From the NCBI GenBank assembly GCA_002269645.1, contig NIVC01000297.1, forward strand, positions 1-64,000: DNA of 64,000 nt, given 5' to 3'. The stretch's first letter is position 1. Each line of letters opens with the position of its first letter. This DNA is from Macrostomum lignano. Taxonomy: Eukaryota. The position numbers and the translations under genes were made by a program. Below, one piece after another: positions 35,801-48,375 of this stretch. Below the pieces are notes generated by a model. The model was not told the DNA's origin, ran no database searches, and saw only the letters and a list, made by a program, of their open reading frames with translations.

Positions 35801-38800
35801 CAGAGGGAGGGGTAGATACAGAGGGAGGGGTAGGTACAGAGGGAGGGGTAGGTACAGAGGGAGGGGTAGGTACAGAGGCAGTTAAGCAGTTAAATTGCCG
35901 TTAATCATTTTGAGTTAATCATAACCATAATCACCATATATATGTACCGCGTAGAGTTTACAAAAAAACATTAGCGTAACGAGACAATATGTCGTGTCAA
36001 AGTTCTCAGACTACTATCTTGATATTCAGCCGCCTCTCTTGCCGCACCAATGAAGAAAAACAAATGATTTATTGCACCGCCTGCAGAACGTGAGCATGAG
36101 CATCTTGGTTGGCGCCAGCATCAACCTGCCGGCGGCGCCGCTAGCGCCACAGTACTCGGTGTACGTGCAGAGCCTTGGCGCTCACGGCACCTCGCCGCCT
36201 TCGCCCACCGTCACCACCGTGCTGCCGCCTGCGGTGCCCAATGCCAGCGTGACACCCGTGACGAGTAAGTGCTCATGGACTGGGGTGTGACGGTTCATAG
36301 ACTACGTGTGACAGGTCATAGACTAGGGTGTGACAGCTCATAGACCAGACCACTTGTGACAGGTCATAGACTAGGGTGCGACAGCTCATAGACTAGGGTG
36401 TGACAGCTCATAGACTAGGGTGCGACAGCTCATAGACTAGGGTGCGACAGCTCATAGACTAGGGTGTGACAGCTCATAGACCAGGCGTGACAGGTCATAG
36501 ACTAGGGTGTGACAGGTCATAGACTAGGGTGTGACAGCTCATAGACTAGGGTGTGACAGCTCATAGAATAGGGTGTGACAGCTCATAGACCAGGCGTGAC
36601 AGGTCATAGACTAGGGTGTGACAGCTCATAGACTAGGGTGTGACAGCTCATAGACTAGGGTGTGACAGCTCATAGACTAGGGTGTGACAGCTCCTAGACG
36701 AGGTCTGTCACTGAGGATGCCATCTCCAGATCCCGCAGAACCTGCAACGTGACTAATTTATGAGCAGATAGCTGATATTTTAATATGCGGCAATGGAGTG
36801 AAAACAGATATTTTGTGTCGGTTTTCTTTAAAAATTGATTTCCAGTCCTTTAGTTATTTTGAGTAGCAGCCTTGAGCTCATCTCAACAGACACTTAGTGT
36901 TCCTTTCATGATATTCCGCGGCTCTTTTAGTTAGTGAGCATAGCTAATACTGTACGAAATGCCATAGACATTTGCGGCTCAGCCGTTGACGGCTCGTAAA
37001 TAAAAGTGCATTTTTAATAACTAAATAAAAGTTCATCACAATGCTAACATTATGCACTTATAACCTGTAATGCGAGTACATTAAACCTGCTCTGTCTCGC
37101 ACCAAGCCGTTAATCCGCTGGCTGCATTCCATTAGTTTTAACGGTCGAGAATTCACCAATTTTAGAGGCACTGATGAGTTGCGGTGACTTGTAAGTGCAC
37201 TCTTGCGAGGAGTGGTCTCTGTTCTCTGTTGTTGCTGGGGGCGCCGATCAGTGTGGGAGCGGTTTGCTAATGATTTATTTAATAGATTCATAATTAGTGC
37301 CTGTACTACATATAATTCCTGCCTGATGGATGCTGTGCCCTCGGAGTCGGGGCAATTTTCAAGCAGATTTTTGCCCATGGAGCTGTGAAATTCAAATGCA
37401 TCAGTGAATGCTATTGATGATCACTTCAATACCCGATTTCCTGCGTCAATTTTCATTGATTTGCACCCCAATCTATCCGTTTAGCTGTGGGACAGATTTG
37501 CAATCCATTTATTTGTTTATTTGTTATTTGTTATTTTACAGATTAGCAATCCAGTCTGTGCCCTCAGCCATGCAGGCTAGATTAGCAATCCAGTCTGTGC
37601 CCTCGGCCATGCAGGCTAGATTAGCAATCCAGTCTGTGCCCTCGGCCATGCAGGCTAGATTAGCAATCCAGTCTGTGCCCTCGGCCATGCAGGCTAGATT
37701 AGCAATCCAGTCTGTGCCCTCAGCCATGCAGGCTAGATTAGCAATCCAGTCTGTGCCCTCAGCCATGCAGGCTAGATTAGCAATCCAGTCTGTGCCTCAG
37801 CCATGCAGGCTAGATTAGCAATCCACTCTGTGCCCTCAGCCATGCAGGCTAGATTAGCAATCCAGTCTGTGCCTCAGCCATGCAGGCTAGATTAGCAATC
37901 CAGTCTGTGCCCTCAGCCTTGCAGGCAGACTGGCTGAGTCGGATCCGCACTCGGGTTTGCCTGATGCAGGTGGCAGCAGAGACGTTTGGCGCTCCCCACT
38001 GCTTTCCCAGCCGCTTTCCCAGTATTTTTGGTAATTGCTGACGCGGCAGCCTTTGATCTTGGCGGCCTTGACAGCCCAGCACTCCGGCTAATGGCTGGCC
38101 GGCCGATTAAGTACAGTTAATTATTTTATTGTTCGCGTCATGCACCTGGGTGCGATGATTGGACCTCAGCTGCGATTTCGCGAGCAATAATGCCAGTTGC
38201 CTTGATCCCCTTTCGCTCCCTCCCCCTATATCCCCTGCTTTATTAAGTTATGAAATGATTGGCCTTCCTTCAGCTTTGCTTGAAACCCCACTCCGCAGAG
38301 TGCTGTCTGAACAAACTGATGAGCGCTTCGTGTGCTGAGAGGCTTTGCTCGGGGCGACCCATCCTGGACCTGAACACGATTATCAACTCTACCTGCGGCA
38401 AGCACGTCTCGGAGGCCTTCGCCTGCTACGCTGGTGAGTTGCTGGACACTTGCGTTTACATAAAGCTGGTTTACAGAGTCTGTTTCCTGTGGATGCTGGT
38501 TTACAGAGCCTGTTTCCTGTGGATGCTAGTTTACAGAACCTGTTTCCTGTGCATGCTGGTTTACAGAGCCTGTTTCCTGTGCATGCTAGTTTACAGAGCC
38601 TGTTTCTCACTAAGCCCTGGTATTTCAGAGCCTGTTTTACCTTAGCTTAGGAGTTCCAGCCCGAGCTCTCTAATCCGTCCCTCTCCGCAGGCGGCCGCAA
38701 CCACACCGGCTGCTGCCAGGCGCAGGCGGTGCCGCTCGCCGCCTGCGGCAAATTTTGCACCGGCGAGACGCCGCACGTTGAAGTCGCCGACACCGTGGCC

Positions 38801-41800
38801 TGCCTGCCGCACCTGGACTCCATCGCCAGGTGCTACGACACCGGGGCTGCAGGCATCCCGTCCCCGCCTCGCCAGCTGGTGCTGGACGGCATCACCGACC
38901 GGTCCGTCTCCGTTCACTGGCAGCCGCCGCTGTACAACCCCGACAAGGTGCTCAACTACAGCCTAATGGTGCTGGACAAGGTCACTGGCTGGCGCACCGC
39001 CGTCAGCACCCCGCTGACGCAGCAGACGGTCTCCGGCCTGGCCAGCGACCGCTTCTACGAGCTCGCCGTGGTGGCTGTGGGCAGCGATGGCAGCAGCCTG
39101 CCCAGCAACCGCATGACCGTCATGACCATGGACTCCCCGCCTGGCAGCTCCCGGCCCACTGGCACCTCCGGCCAGCCCGACATGCCCGTCTGTTGTGGAC
39201 TGCTTGGGGTGAGTCACCTGTGCTGTGATGGTGCCTTGGGGTGAGTCACCTGTGCGGTGATGGTGCCTTGGGGTGAGTCACCTGTGCGGTGATTGTGCCT
39301 TGGGGTGAGTCACCTGTGCGGTGATGGTGCCTTGGGGTGAGTCACCTGTGCGATGATGGTGCCCTGGGGTGAGTCGCCTGTGCGGTGATGGTGCCCTGGG
39401 GTGAGTCACCTGTGCGATGATGGTGCCTTGGGGTGAGTCACCTGTGCGATGATGGTGCCCTGGGATGAGCGAGGACGTCCTGGCATTGTGGTGAGTCGCC
39501 CTGTCATAGAAAAGGGTCAACCCTGATTCTCAATCGCAAACATTCTGCAGGTGCCGACTAACTGCAGCGGCCAGTGCGCCAGCCCGTCCGCCTTCAACGC
39601 CGCCGCTCTGTCGCCGGCCTGCCGGAACGGCTCCGCTTTGCTCAATCTGCTGGCCTGCCTGGTGGACGGCCGCAACAACACGGCCTGCTGCCGGGCCAAG
39701 GGCGTGCCCGATTCCTGCCTGCCCGTCTGCGTCGCCAGGCCCGGCGACCCGCCGCCGCCCGCCCACTGCTTCGACATTCTAGACTCCGCGGCCGCCTGCG
39801 CCCGGGACGCCTACGACAAGGTGCCATCGGAGCCGATCAGACTGCGGGTGGAGTCCTACGGCACCAACTTTGTGGACCTCGCCTGGCAGCTGCCCGTCAG
39901 GCGGCCCGTCGACTTCCGCTACCAGCTGGTGGCCGACGTCCGCGCGGGCGGCTCCGTCCAGACTGGGGTAAGACTGGACTCTCGTGAGACTCTAGACTCT
40001 CCCCTGAGACTGCTCTGGACTCTCCCCTGAGGCTGCTCTGGACTCATCCCTGAGACTGCTCTGGACTCTCCCCTGAGACTGCTCTGGACTCCCTCTATGA
40101 CCTCTATCGGCTGCCCCCCTTAGACTGCTCTGGACTCTCCCCCTGAGACTGCTTTGGAATCTCGTGAGACTCTGGACTCTCCCCTGAGACTGCTCTGGAC
40201 TCTCCCCCAGAGACTGCTTTGGAATCTCGTGAGACTAGACTCCCCCCCCGAGACTGCTCTGGAATCATCCCTGAGACTGCTCTGGACTCTCCCCTGAGAC
40301 TGCTCTGGACTCTCCCCCGAGATTGCTCTGGACTCATCCCTGAGACTGCTCTGGACTCTCCCCTGAGACTGCTCTGGAATCATCCCTGAGACTGCTCTGG
40401 AATCATCCCTGAGACTGCTCTGGACTCTCCCCTGAGACTGCTCTGGACTCTCCCCTGAGACTGCTCTGGACTCATCCCTGAGACTGCTTTAGAGTCCCTA
40501 TGAGACTAACCTTAACTTTTCCCTGAGACCGCCCTGGACTCACTCTCCTATGTGCTCTCGCCCAGGGACAGTATCTAAGACTCATTCTGAAGCCCTGTCA
40601 GATTGTCTCATCCCAACTATCTCTGCACCAGAATCGAAACTGACAAACTACTCGCCTCAACAGGTCGTCCTGTCGCAGTTCCCCGCCGACGTGACGGTGG
40701 GCCACGTGGTCAGCTTGCAGCCCGGAGGCCATTACTCCTTCCGCCTGGCCGCCGTCTCCGACTCGGGCTCCAGTGTGCTGTCTGACGCCGTGACCGTCTG
40801 GCTGCTGCCCGACCTGCCCAGCAACTGGTCCGCCAGCGTCAATACTTCCCGCCTGCCCTACGGTGAGGGGTGGAACACGGGTGGTGGGGTTAGGAGTGAG
40901 GTGAGACGGAGAGTGAGATAGTCAGACAGTGAGAGGTAGACATGGTGGGAGAAGGGCGACAGTCAGATTGACGTGGTGGGAGAAGAGCGACAGTCAGATT
41001 GACATGGTGGGAGAAGGGCGACAGTCAGATTGACATGGTGGGAGAAGGGCGACAGTCAGATTGACATGGTGGGAGAAGGGCGACAGTCAGGTTGGCATGG
41101 TGGGAGAAGGGCGACAGTCAGATTGACATGGTGGGAGAAGGGCGACAGTCAGATTGACATGGTGGGAGAAGGGCGACAGTCAGGTTGGCATGGTGGGAGA
41201 AGGGCGACAGTCAGATTGACATGGTGGGAGAAGGGCGACAGTCAGATTGACATGGTGGGAGAAGGGCGACAGTCAGATTGACGTGGTGGGAGAAGAGCGA
41301 CAGCTAGGTTGGCATTGTGGGAGAAGGGCGACAGTCAGGTTGACATGGTGGGAGAAGGGCGACAGTCAGGTTGGCAGGGTCTCAAACTCGCTCCCATTGC
41401 CAGGCATCTCCCAGTGCTGCCAGGCCCGCAAAGTGCCCAGCCACTGCCAGCTGCTGTGCGACCCCCGCAACATGACGAACTTCAACCACACGGACAGCAG
41501 CTTGTCTGTAGTCTACAATAACTGCACCGACAGTCTCCCTGACATCACATTCTGCCTGGCTGATGGCAAGAACCACGAGCCCTGCTGCCGCCGGGAGAAT
41601 GTCCCCGACGTCTGCCTGGGGCTCTGCTCCGGCGCCTCCGTGCCGTCCGGCAGCCTCACCTGCCCGCTGTGGTGGCGCGAGGTGAGTCCGATTTCAACGA
41701 ACAGCCAGTGAAAATGAATGATATCTAAAGAGTAATATCACCCCTATGCAATCCTGAGAATCGCCCCAAAGCAGCCCTGAGAATCGCCCCAAAGCAGCCC

Positions 41801-44800
41801 TGAGAATCGCCCCAAGGCAGCTCTGAGAATCGCCCCAGAGCAGCCCTGAGAATCGCCCCAAAGCAGCCCTGAGAATCGCCTCAAGGCAGCTCTGAGAATC
41901 GCCCCAAAGCAGCCCTGAGAATCGCCTCAAGGCAGCTCTGAGAATCGCCCCAAAGCAGCCCTGAGAATCGCCTCAAGGCAGCCCTGAGAATCGCCCTAGA
42001 GCAGCCCTGAGAATCGCCCTAGAGCAGCCCTGAGAATCGCCCCAAGGCAGCTCTGAGAATCGCCCCAGAGCAGCCCTGAGAATCGCCCGAGAGCAGCCCT
42101 GAGAATCGCCCCAAAGCAGCCCTGAGAATCGCCCTAGAGCAGCCCTGAGAATCGCCCCAGAGCAGCCCTGAGAATCGCCCCAAAGCAGCCCTGAGAATCG
42201 CCCTAGAGCAGCTCTAAGAATCGCTCCAAAGCAGCCCTGAGAATCGCCCCAGAGCAGCCCTGAGAATCGCCCTAGAGCAGCCCTGAGAATCGCCCCAGAG
42301 CAGCCCTGAGAATCGGCTCAAAGCAGCCCTGAGAATCGCCCTAGAGCAGCTCTAAGAATCGCCCCAAAGCAGCCCTGAGAATCGCCCTAGAGCAGCTCTA
42401 AGAATCGCCCCAAAGCAGCCCTGAGAATCGCCCCAGAGCAGCCCTGAGAATCGCCCCAAAGCAGCCCTGAGAATCGCCCTAGAGCAGCTCTAAGAATCGC
42501 CCCAAAGCAGCCCTGAGAATCGCCCTAGAGCAGCTCTAAGAATCGCCCCAAAGCAGCCCTGAGAATCGCCCCAGAGCAGCCCTGAGAATCGCCCCAGAGC
42601 AGCCCTGAGAATCGCCCCAAAGCAGCCCTGAGAATCGCCCCAGAGCAGCCCTGAGAATCGCCCCAACCACTCGCAGATCTACGGCTGCATAGAGGAGGGG
42701 ATCATCAGCGTGCCGCCGGCGCCCGTCATTCACCGAGTCGACGTGTTCTCCAACCGCCTGACCGTCACCTACGACCGCGGCACGCTGGACAACGACACCC
42801 GCAGCATTCTGTACATCCGGTTTGCCGACACGCCCTCGCACTGGTACGCCTTCCTGAACCCCTCCAACCCGGCCGTGTTCCGAGTGCCGTCCAACACCAG
42901 CTTCTCCCTGTTCATGCTCAACTCCAACACCAACGGCTCGAGCCAGCCCAGCCCGGTGCGCACCGTGCGCACCTTGCCCGACGACCCGCTCAGCATGTAC
43001 ATCAACACCAACGCCAAAACCTTCCGCGTGTTGGAGAGCTCCCGGCCTCTGATCCTCAACTGCTACTACTGGTGGCCTCTGGTGGCCACGCCAACCTACC
43101 GCTGGTTCCGGTCTGGCCACCTGCTGCAGTCTGGCAGCTCCTCCAGCTACACCATTCCCCATGCCGAGGCCCGCGACAGTGGCCTGTACACCTGTGCCCT
43201 GCAGCTCAGCACCGGCCAGTCCGGCTCCGTCAGCGCCTCGCTGCACATCCAGTCCGCGGTGACCGCCGCCTCCCTGACCGGCCTCGTACCCGTCCGGCTG
43301 GGCAGCGCCGCCCGGCTCAGCTGCGCCTTCGAGGGCTTCCCAGACCGCGTGGAATGGCGCGACAGCAGCGGCGTGCCGGTGGTGCAAACCCGCGACGGCT
43401 CGGTGCGGGTTCCCGTGTTCAGCGTGAGTCACTGCGGGCCAGATTTTCCGTGCTTCCGTTCACGATTTCTCTTATCGATCAGTCGGAATGGATTTGGAAT
43501 TCTTTTATTGGGATTTCCCGTGTCTTTTTCCCTCTATGGGATTTGGGATTTCCCGAGTCTTTCCCTCTATGGGATTTGGGATTTCCTGTGTCTTTCCCTC
43601 TATGGGATTCGGAATTTCCCGTGTCTTTTGCCTAATTGGGATTTGCGATTTCCCGTGTCTTTTCCCTAAATGGGATTTGGGATTGCCCGCGTCCTTTTGC
43701 CTCTATAGGATTTGGGAATTTTATGACTTTCCCTCTATGGGATTTGGGATTTCCCGTGTCTTTTTGTCTCCATGTGATTTGCGATTTCCCATGTCTTTTT
43801 GCCTCTGTGGCGATAGGGATTCCCATGTCTGACTGTCCTGTCTGGGATTTTGGAATTTCTGTGGTTGGCCCACTTTATTGGGCTTTTTGATTTTTGTCGG
43901 TCACGGCAAAGCAAATTCCGTCCTAGCAGGGTTGAGTTTTCCCTCTTATTTGCGGCTCTCATTAATAATTCATTAACGCAAATCGCCCACCCCCACCGCA
44001 GATCTCCGACCTGCTCACCTACAGCTCGGTGGAGTTCTCCGCCGTGTCGGCCAGCCAGCTCGGCCACTACACCTGCACCGGCTTCAACCCACTGGGCAGC
44101 CACTCCGCCCGCTCCCTGCTCTACGACGCGTCCGACGCCACCCCCGCGCCGCCCACCGTGGGCCCCGCGCCAACCAGCAGTGGCGGCGCCACGACAGGGA
44201 ACGGATCCGCCAGCGCCGTCTGCTGCGCCAATCGTGGCGTCGGAGCTGCCTGCATCGGCGTCTGTAGCGCCAGCGTCGCCCATCCGGTCAGCGCCAACTG
44301 TACCGACGCCTTCGCCGACCACGCCAGCCACTGCCTGGCCGACTCGCGCAACTTCAGCCGCTGCTGCCAGCGCAGCCACGCGGTGCCGCCCGCCTGCCTG
44401 CCGCTGTGCTGGGGCGACCCGCCCGCCCCGGCTGACGTTGCCAGCTGCACGGCCGCGGTGGACTCCACGGTGGCCGGCTGCCTGCGTCAGACCGGCGTCC
44501 CCGGCCCGCCGCTCACCGTCACCGCCCAGCCGAAGGCGCCGCACGGCCTGCTGGTTGCCTGGCAACCGCCAGCGCGCAATCCGGAGAGTGTCAGCGGCTA
44601 CCGCATCCTCATGCGGGTGGCGGGCAGCCCCGGCAAGCTCATCCAGGCCTCTGTCGGCCGGTCGAAGCTCAGCCACCTGCAGACCCCCGTGCCGACCTCC
44701 GCCGCCATCTCCGTGACCGTCGTTGCCATCGGCGGAGACAACGGCGACAGCCTCGCCTCGCTGCCCGCCTCGGCGGCCACGCCGGGACCGCCCGGGGTGC

Positions 44801-46785
44801 CTCAAAATGTGCACCTGGTTAGCGCCGGGAACAACATCGCGAAGATCGCCTGGGTGGTCATCCCAGGCACCACCCCGCCAGACTCCTTCCAGGTGGGTCA
44901 AAGCTTTGTTAACTCGTTGCGACACTGCTTAAGCTGGAGCTGGGAAACTGATAAGGGAAGTCAGTGGTTTAGATAGGGGAGTCAGTGTTTAGATAAAGGT
45001 CAGTGTTTTAGATAGGTAGGTCAGTGATTTAGATAGGGGAGGTCAGTGGTTTAGATAGGGGAGGTCAGTGGTTTAGATAGGGGAGGTCAGTGGTTTAGAT
45101 AGGGGAGGTCAGTGGTTTAGATAGGGGAGGTCAGTGTTTAGATAAAGGTCAGTGGTTTAGATAGGTAGGTCAGTGTTTAGATAAAGGTCAGTGTTTTAGA
45201 TAGGTAGGTCAGTGGTTTAGATAGGGGAGGTCAGTGTTTAGATAAAGGTCAGTGGTTTGATAGGGGAGGTCAGTGATTTAGATAGTGGAGGTCAGTGGTT
45301 TAGATAGGGGAGGTCAGTGGTTTAGATAGGGGAGGTCAGTGGTTTAGATAGGGGAGGTCAGTGTTTAGATAAAGGTCAGTGGTTTAGATAGGTAGGTCAG
45401 TGTTTAGATAAAGGTCAGTGTTTTAGATAGGTAGGTCAGTGGTTTAGATAGGGGAGGTCAGTGTTTAGATAAAGGTCAGTGGTTTGATAGGGGAGGTCAG
45501 TGATTTAGATAGTGGAGGTCAGTGGTTTAGATAGGGGAGGTCAGTGGTTTAGATAGGGGAGGTCAGTGTTTAGAAAAAGGTCAGTGATTTAGATAGGGGA
45601 GGTCAGTGGTTTAGATAGGGGAGGTCAGTGGTTTAGATAGGGGATGTCAGTGGTTTTGATAGGGGAGGTCAGTGTTTTAGATAGGGGAGGTCAGTGTTTT
45701 AGATCGGGGAGTCAGTGTTTTAGATAGGGGAGGTCATTGGTTTTGATAGGGGAGGTCAGTGTTTTAGATAGGGGAGGTCAGTGTTTTAGATAGGGGAGGT
45801 CAGTGGTTTAGATAGGGGATGTCAGTGGTTTAGATAGGGGAGGTCAGTGGTTTAGATAGGGGAGGTCAGTGGTTTAGATAGGGGAGGTCAGTGTTTTAGA
45901 TCGGGGAGGTCAGTGGTTTAGATAGGGGATGTCAGTGGTTTAGATAGGGGATGTCAGTGGTTTAGATAGGGGAGGTCAGTGTTTTAGATCGGGGAGTCAG
46001 TGTTTTAGATCGGGGAGGTCAGTGGTTTAGATAGGGGATGTCAGTGGTTTAGATAGGGGATGTCAGTGGTTTAGATAGGGGAGGTCAGTGGTTTAGATAG
46101 GGGAGGTCAGTGGTTTAGATAGGGGGGGGTGGTCAGTAATAGGGCACAATTGGAGGTCAGAGCAGCCAGTGCAGACGCAAGAAATGGCAGGTGAGCCCCG
46201 CCTCTCAACCAGGTGAACGCCAGCCTGTCCAGCGGCCGCAGCCTCTCGCTGTCGGTGCCGGCCAAGCAGACTCAGGTGGTGCTGCGCTGCCTGCTGCCGC
46301 GCAGCACTTTCTACATCCGGGTGCGCGCCATCAGCGCCGCCTGGGGCGACTCGGCGCCATCGGACCCGGCGCTGCGGCTGAACACGGGCTCCGAGGACCC
46401 CGAATGCCGCGGCTCCAGCTACGACTACTGGACCAGCGGCAGCGGCGACAACAACTCGGCCAGGGCCACCGGCGCCGTGGTGCTGGTGATCATCACCCTG
46501 GCCTGCACGCTGACGGCCGCCTTCTTGGCGCTGGTGTTCTACTGGCGCCGCACCGGCGTGCCCTCGTCTGTGCGCAGCCGCCTGCCCTGCGTGCTGTCCA
46601 TTGTGGACAGCGACGCCTGCCGCTGCTTCGACGCCAACTACCGCTCTGGCGGCTACATGCACAGCAACGGCGGCGGCGGCGGCAGCGGTGGCCGAGGCGG
46701 CGGTCCGGACCAGCTGTTCGACAACCCGGTGCGCTTCGACAGCTCCGGCGGCGTCGTGAGCTTCGGCCGGACGTCCGAGGCGTGA
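29840..46785 (+). CDS. Ig-like, fibronectin type III and DB-module single-pass membrane protein (igdb-type), 15 exons, ~1629 aa
   Basis: Exons 29840-29858, 29935-30098, 31061-31358, 32477-32617, 33770-33946, 34808-34962, 36087-36264, 38299-38433, 38691-39208, 39551-39967, 40664-40862, 41404-41681, 42677-43423, 44002-44892, 46213-46785. All introns are GT-AG and phase-consistent, totalling 4890 nt. The protein has a signal peptide (LPPLLILLLAQRTGAQ), Ig domains (LTC..W..YQC), repeated CC-x5-P-x2-C DB modules, FN3 repeats and a TM segment (AVVLVIITLACTLTAAFLALVFYW). The start of exon 8 is least certain. Confidence 0.85.
30195..31000. repeat. Two 21-bp G-rich arrays, intron 2
   Basis: GGGGTCAGGTGTTGGGGGTTT (30195-30820) and AGTTAGGATAGAGGGTCAGGT (30860-31000). 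Confidence 0.95.
31343..31990. repeat. 48/50-bp array containing the exon 3 end plus splice donor
   Basis: Unit GGAGCGGCTTCTATA|GTGAGTCTTTGTTCTAGTAGTGCGCGTTTGATTGT. A ~20-bp array follows at 32020-32365. Confidence 0.95.
32660..33680. repeat. 16/18-bp array, intron 4
   Basis: Unit CCTCCCCTGAATCCCATG. Confidence 0.95.
34050..34770. repeat. Two different 24-bp arrays, intron 5
   Basis: TTTCCATGATCACTCACTGACCTC (34050-34500) and GTCACCCAGTGACCCCTTCCCCTG (34597-34770). Confidence 0.95.
35230..35878. repeat. 18-bp purine-rich array, intron 6
   Basis: Unit GAGGGGTAGGTACAGAGG. Confidence 0.95.
36290..36700. repeat. 22-bp array, intron 7
   Basis: Unit GACTAGGGTGTGACAGCTCATA. Confidence 0.95.
37542..37920. 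repeat. 39-bp array, intron 7
   Basis: Unit ATTAGCAATCCAGTCTGTGCCCTCAGCCATGCAGGCTAG. Confidence 0.95.
38465..38640. repeat. 30-bp array, intron 8
   Basis: Unit TTTACAGAGCCTGTTTCCTGTGCATGCTGG. Confidence 0.9.
39205..39470. repeat. 32-bp array containing the splice donor, intron 9
   Basis: GTGAGT occurs at 39209, 39241, 39273, 39305, 39337, 39369, 39401 and 39433. Confidence 0.95.
39975..40545. repeat. 23-bp array, intron 10
   Basis: Unit CCCTGAGACTGCTCTGGACTCTC. Confidence 0.95.
40935..41375. repeat. 31-bp array, intron 11
   Basis: Unit GGGAGAAGGGCGACAGTCAGATTGACATGGT. Confidence 0.95.
41750..42665. repeat. 23-bp array, intron 12
   Basis: Unit CCCTGAGAATCGCCCCAAAGCAG. Confidence 0.95.
43490..43870. 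repeat. Degenerate ~33-34-bp array, intron 13
   Basis: Recurrent TTCCCTCTATGGGATTTGGGATTTCCCGTGTCTT. Confidence 0.8.
44955..46135. repeat. 22-bp array, intron 14
   Basis: Unit TTTAGATAGGGGAGGTCAGTGG. Confidence 0.95.
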
Positions 46786-47734
46786 AAATTGCCGACTATG
46801 AAGGAGACTCTGGGGCGTCGCGGCTGGCCAAAACTCTTTGGGATTCGGCCGTTTCTGAACACCGCGGGCTGGGCTGCTCATTCGAGGTGCACAATTTGTT
46901 TCTGTGAATCTCCATAATTGGGACATTTTCCGGGAATTTCACTGAGTCACCTGTTTATTTTTAAGCCGTTTTTAGGGTTCATTTTGAAATTTTGTAACCC
47001 AATTATCCAGTTCAATTTCACGTCTCCCCATCACTACTCCGTTAAAAGGCTTATATTATTGCTATAAGATTTATTTATTGTCTGTCGTTTTAATTTGTAC
47101 TTTTAACTGTACTTTTTCGGCCTTCTGGCTCAGACTTAACATTATTCGAGCTCTGCTGCGACGCGAAGCCGCAGGCAGTACAACAAATTTTATTCAGCCG
47201 GCAATGCTTAATTGAAGCATCGCTACATATCGGCACAAACTGCCGCTGCCCTTCAAACCAGAATTATTTTTTTTTATTTCAATTTTTTTATGGTTATATG
47301 CGGCGGCCATGCTCTGCTTGCTGCCGACTTGAGCAGTGAGAAGGGCTGAGAGAATCAGTAATTGCTTGCTTGCATCTCCCGGCCTCTATTTGTGGCCAGC
47401 TGCTCGGCCACGTTGAGGTCGCCGCGTTCGCACATTTTCTATTGAAGTTTAGAAGCCTGCGACAGCCGCGATCAATCTGTTTCTGAGACATGTATCTGTA
47501 ATTAGCCTGCTCACCTGACTATCTTTATTTCTATGCATGTTGCGCTGTCTGTGTGCGCGTGCAGATCCCGTCATTCTTATCGTTTTTGCACTTTTAGATT
47601 TTTCTGCAACTCGTAAAAATATTTATTGCGCCTGACTAATGTTTACTACGTGTGTGAGCTTTTCTTAGTGGCAGTCACTTGTCCACCTCTGGTGCATCCG
47701 CTGTTGTGATGCTAATGATATCCTGCTGCAAACC

Positions 47735-48375
47735 CTACCCCAATGTACCCTGACTCCCACCTCCCTCCCCGATTAATCTGTGCCCCAATGTACACTGACT
47801 CCCACCTCCCTCCCCGATTAATCTGTGCCCCAATGTACACTGACTCCCACCTCCCTCCCCGATTAATCTGTGCCCCAATGTACACTGACTCCCACCTCCC
47901 TCCCCGATTAATCTGTGCCCCAATGTACACTGACTCCCACCTCCCTCCCCGATTAATCTGTGCCCCAATGTACACTGACTCCCACCTCCCTCCCCGATTA
48001 ATCTGTGCCCCAATGTACCCTGACTCCCACCTCCCTCCCCGATTAATCTGTGCCCCAATGTACCCTGACTCCCACCTCCCTCCCCGATTAATCTGTGCCC
48101 CAATGTACACTGACTCCCACCTCCCTCCCCGATTAATCTGTGCCCCAATGTACACTGACTCCCACCTCCCTCCCCGATTAATCTGTGCCCCAATGTACCC
48201 TGACTCCCACCTCCCTCCCCGATTAATCTGTGCCCCAATGTACCCTGACTCCCACCTCCCTCCCCGATTAATCTGTGCCCCAATGTACACTGACTCCCAC
48301 CTCCCTCCCCGATTAATCTGTGCCCCAATGTACACTGACTCCCACCTCCCTCCCCCGATTAATCTGTGCCCCAGC
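47735..48375. repeat. 45-bp minisatellite
   Basis: Unit CCCCAATGTACACTGACTCCCACCTCCCTCCCCGATTAATCTGTG. Confidence 0.95.

Noticed and set aside
46143-46190. Extra 48-nt exon before the last exon
   Set aside because: It would leave a 22-nt intron, and the FN3 domain reads well without it.
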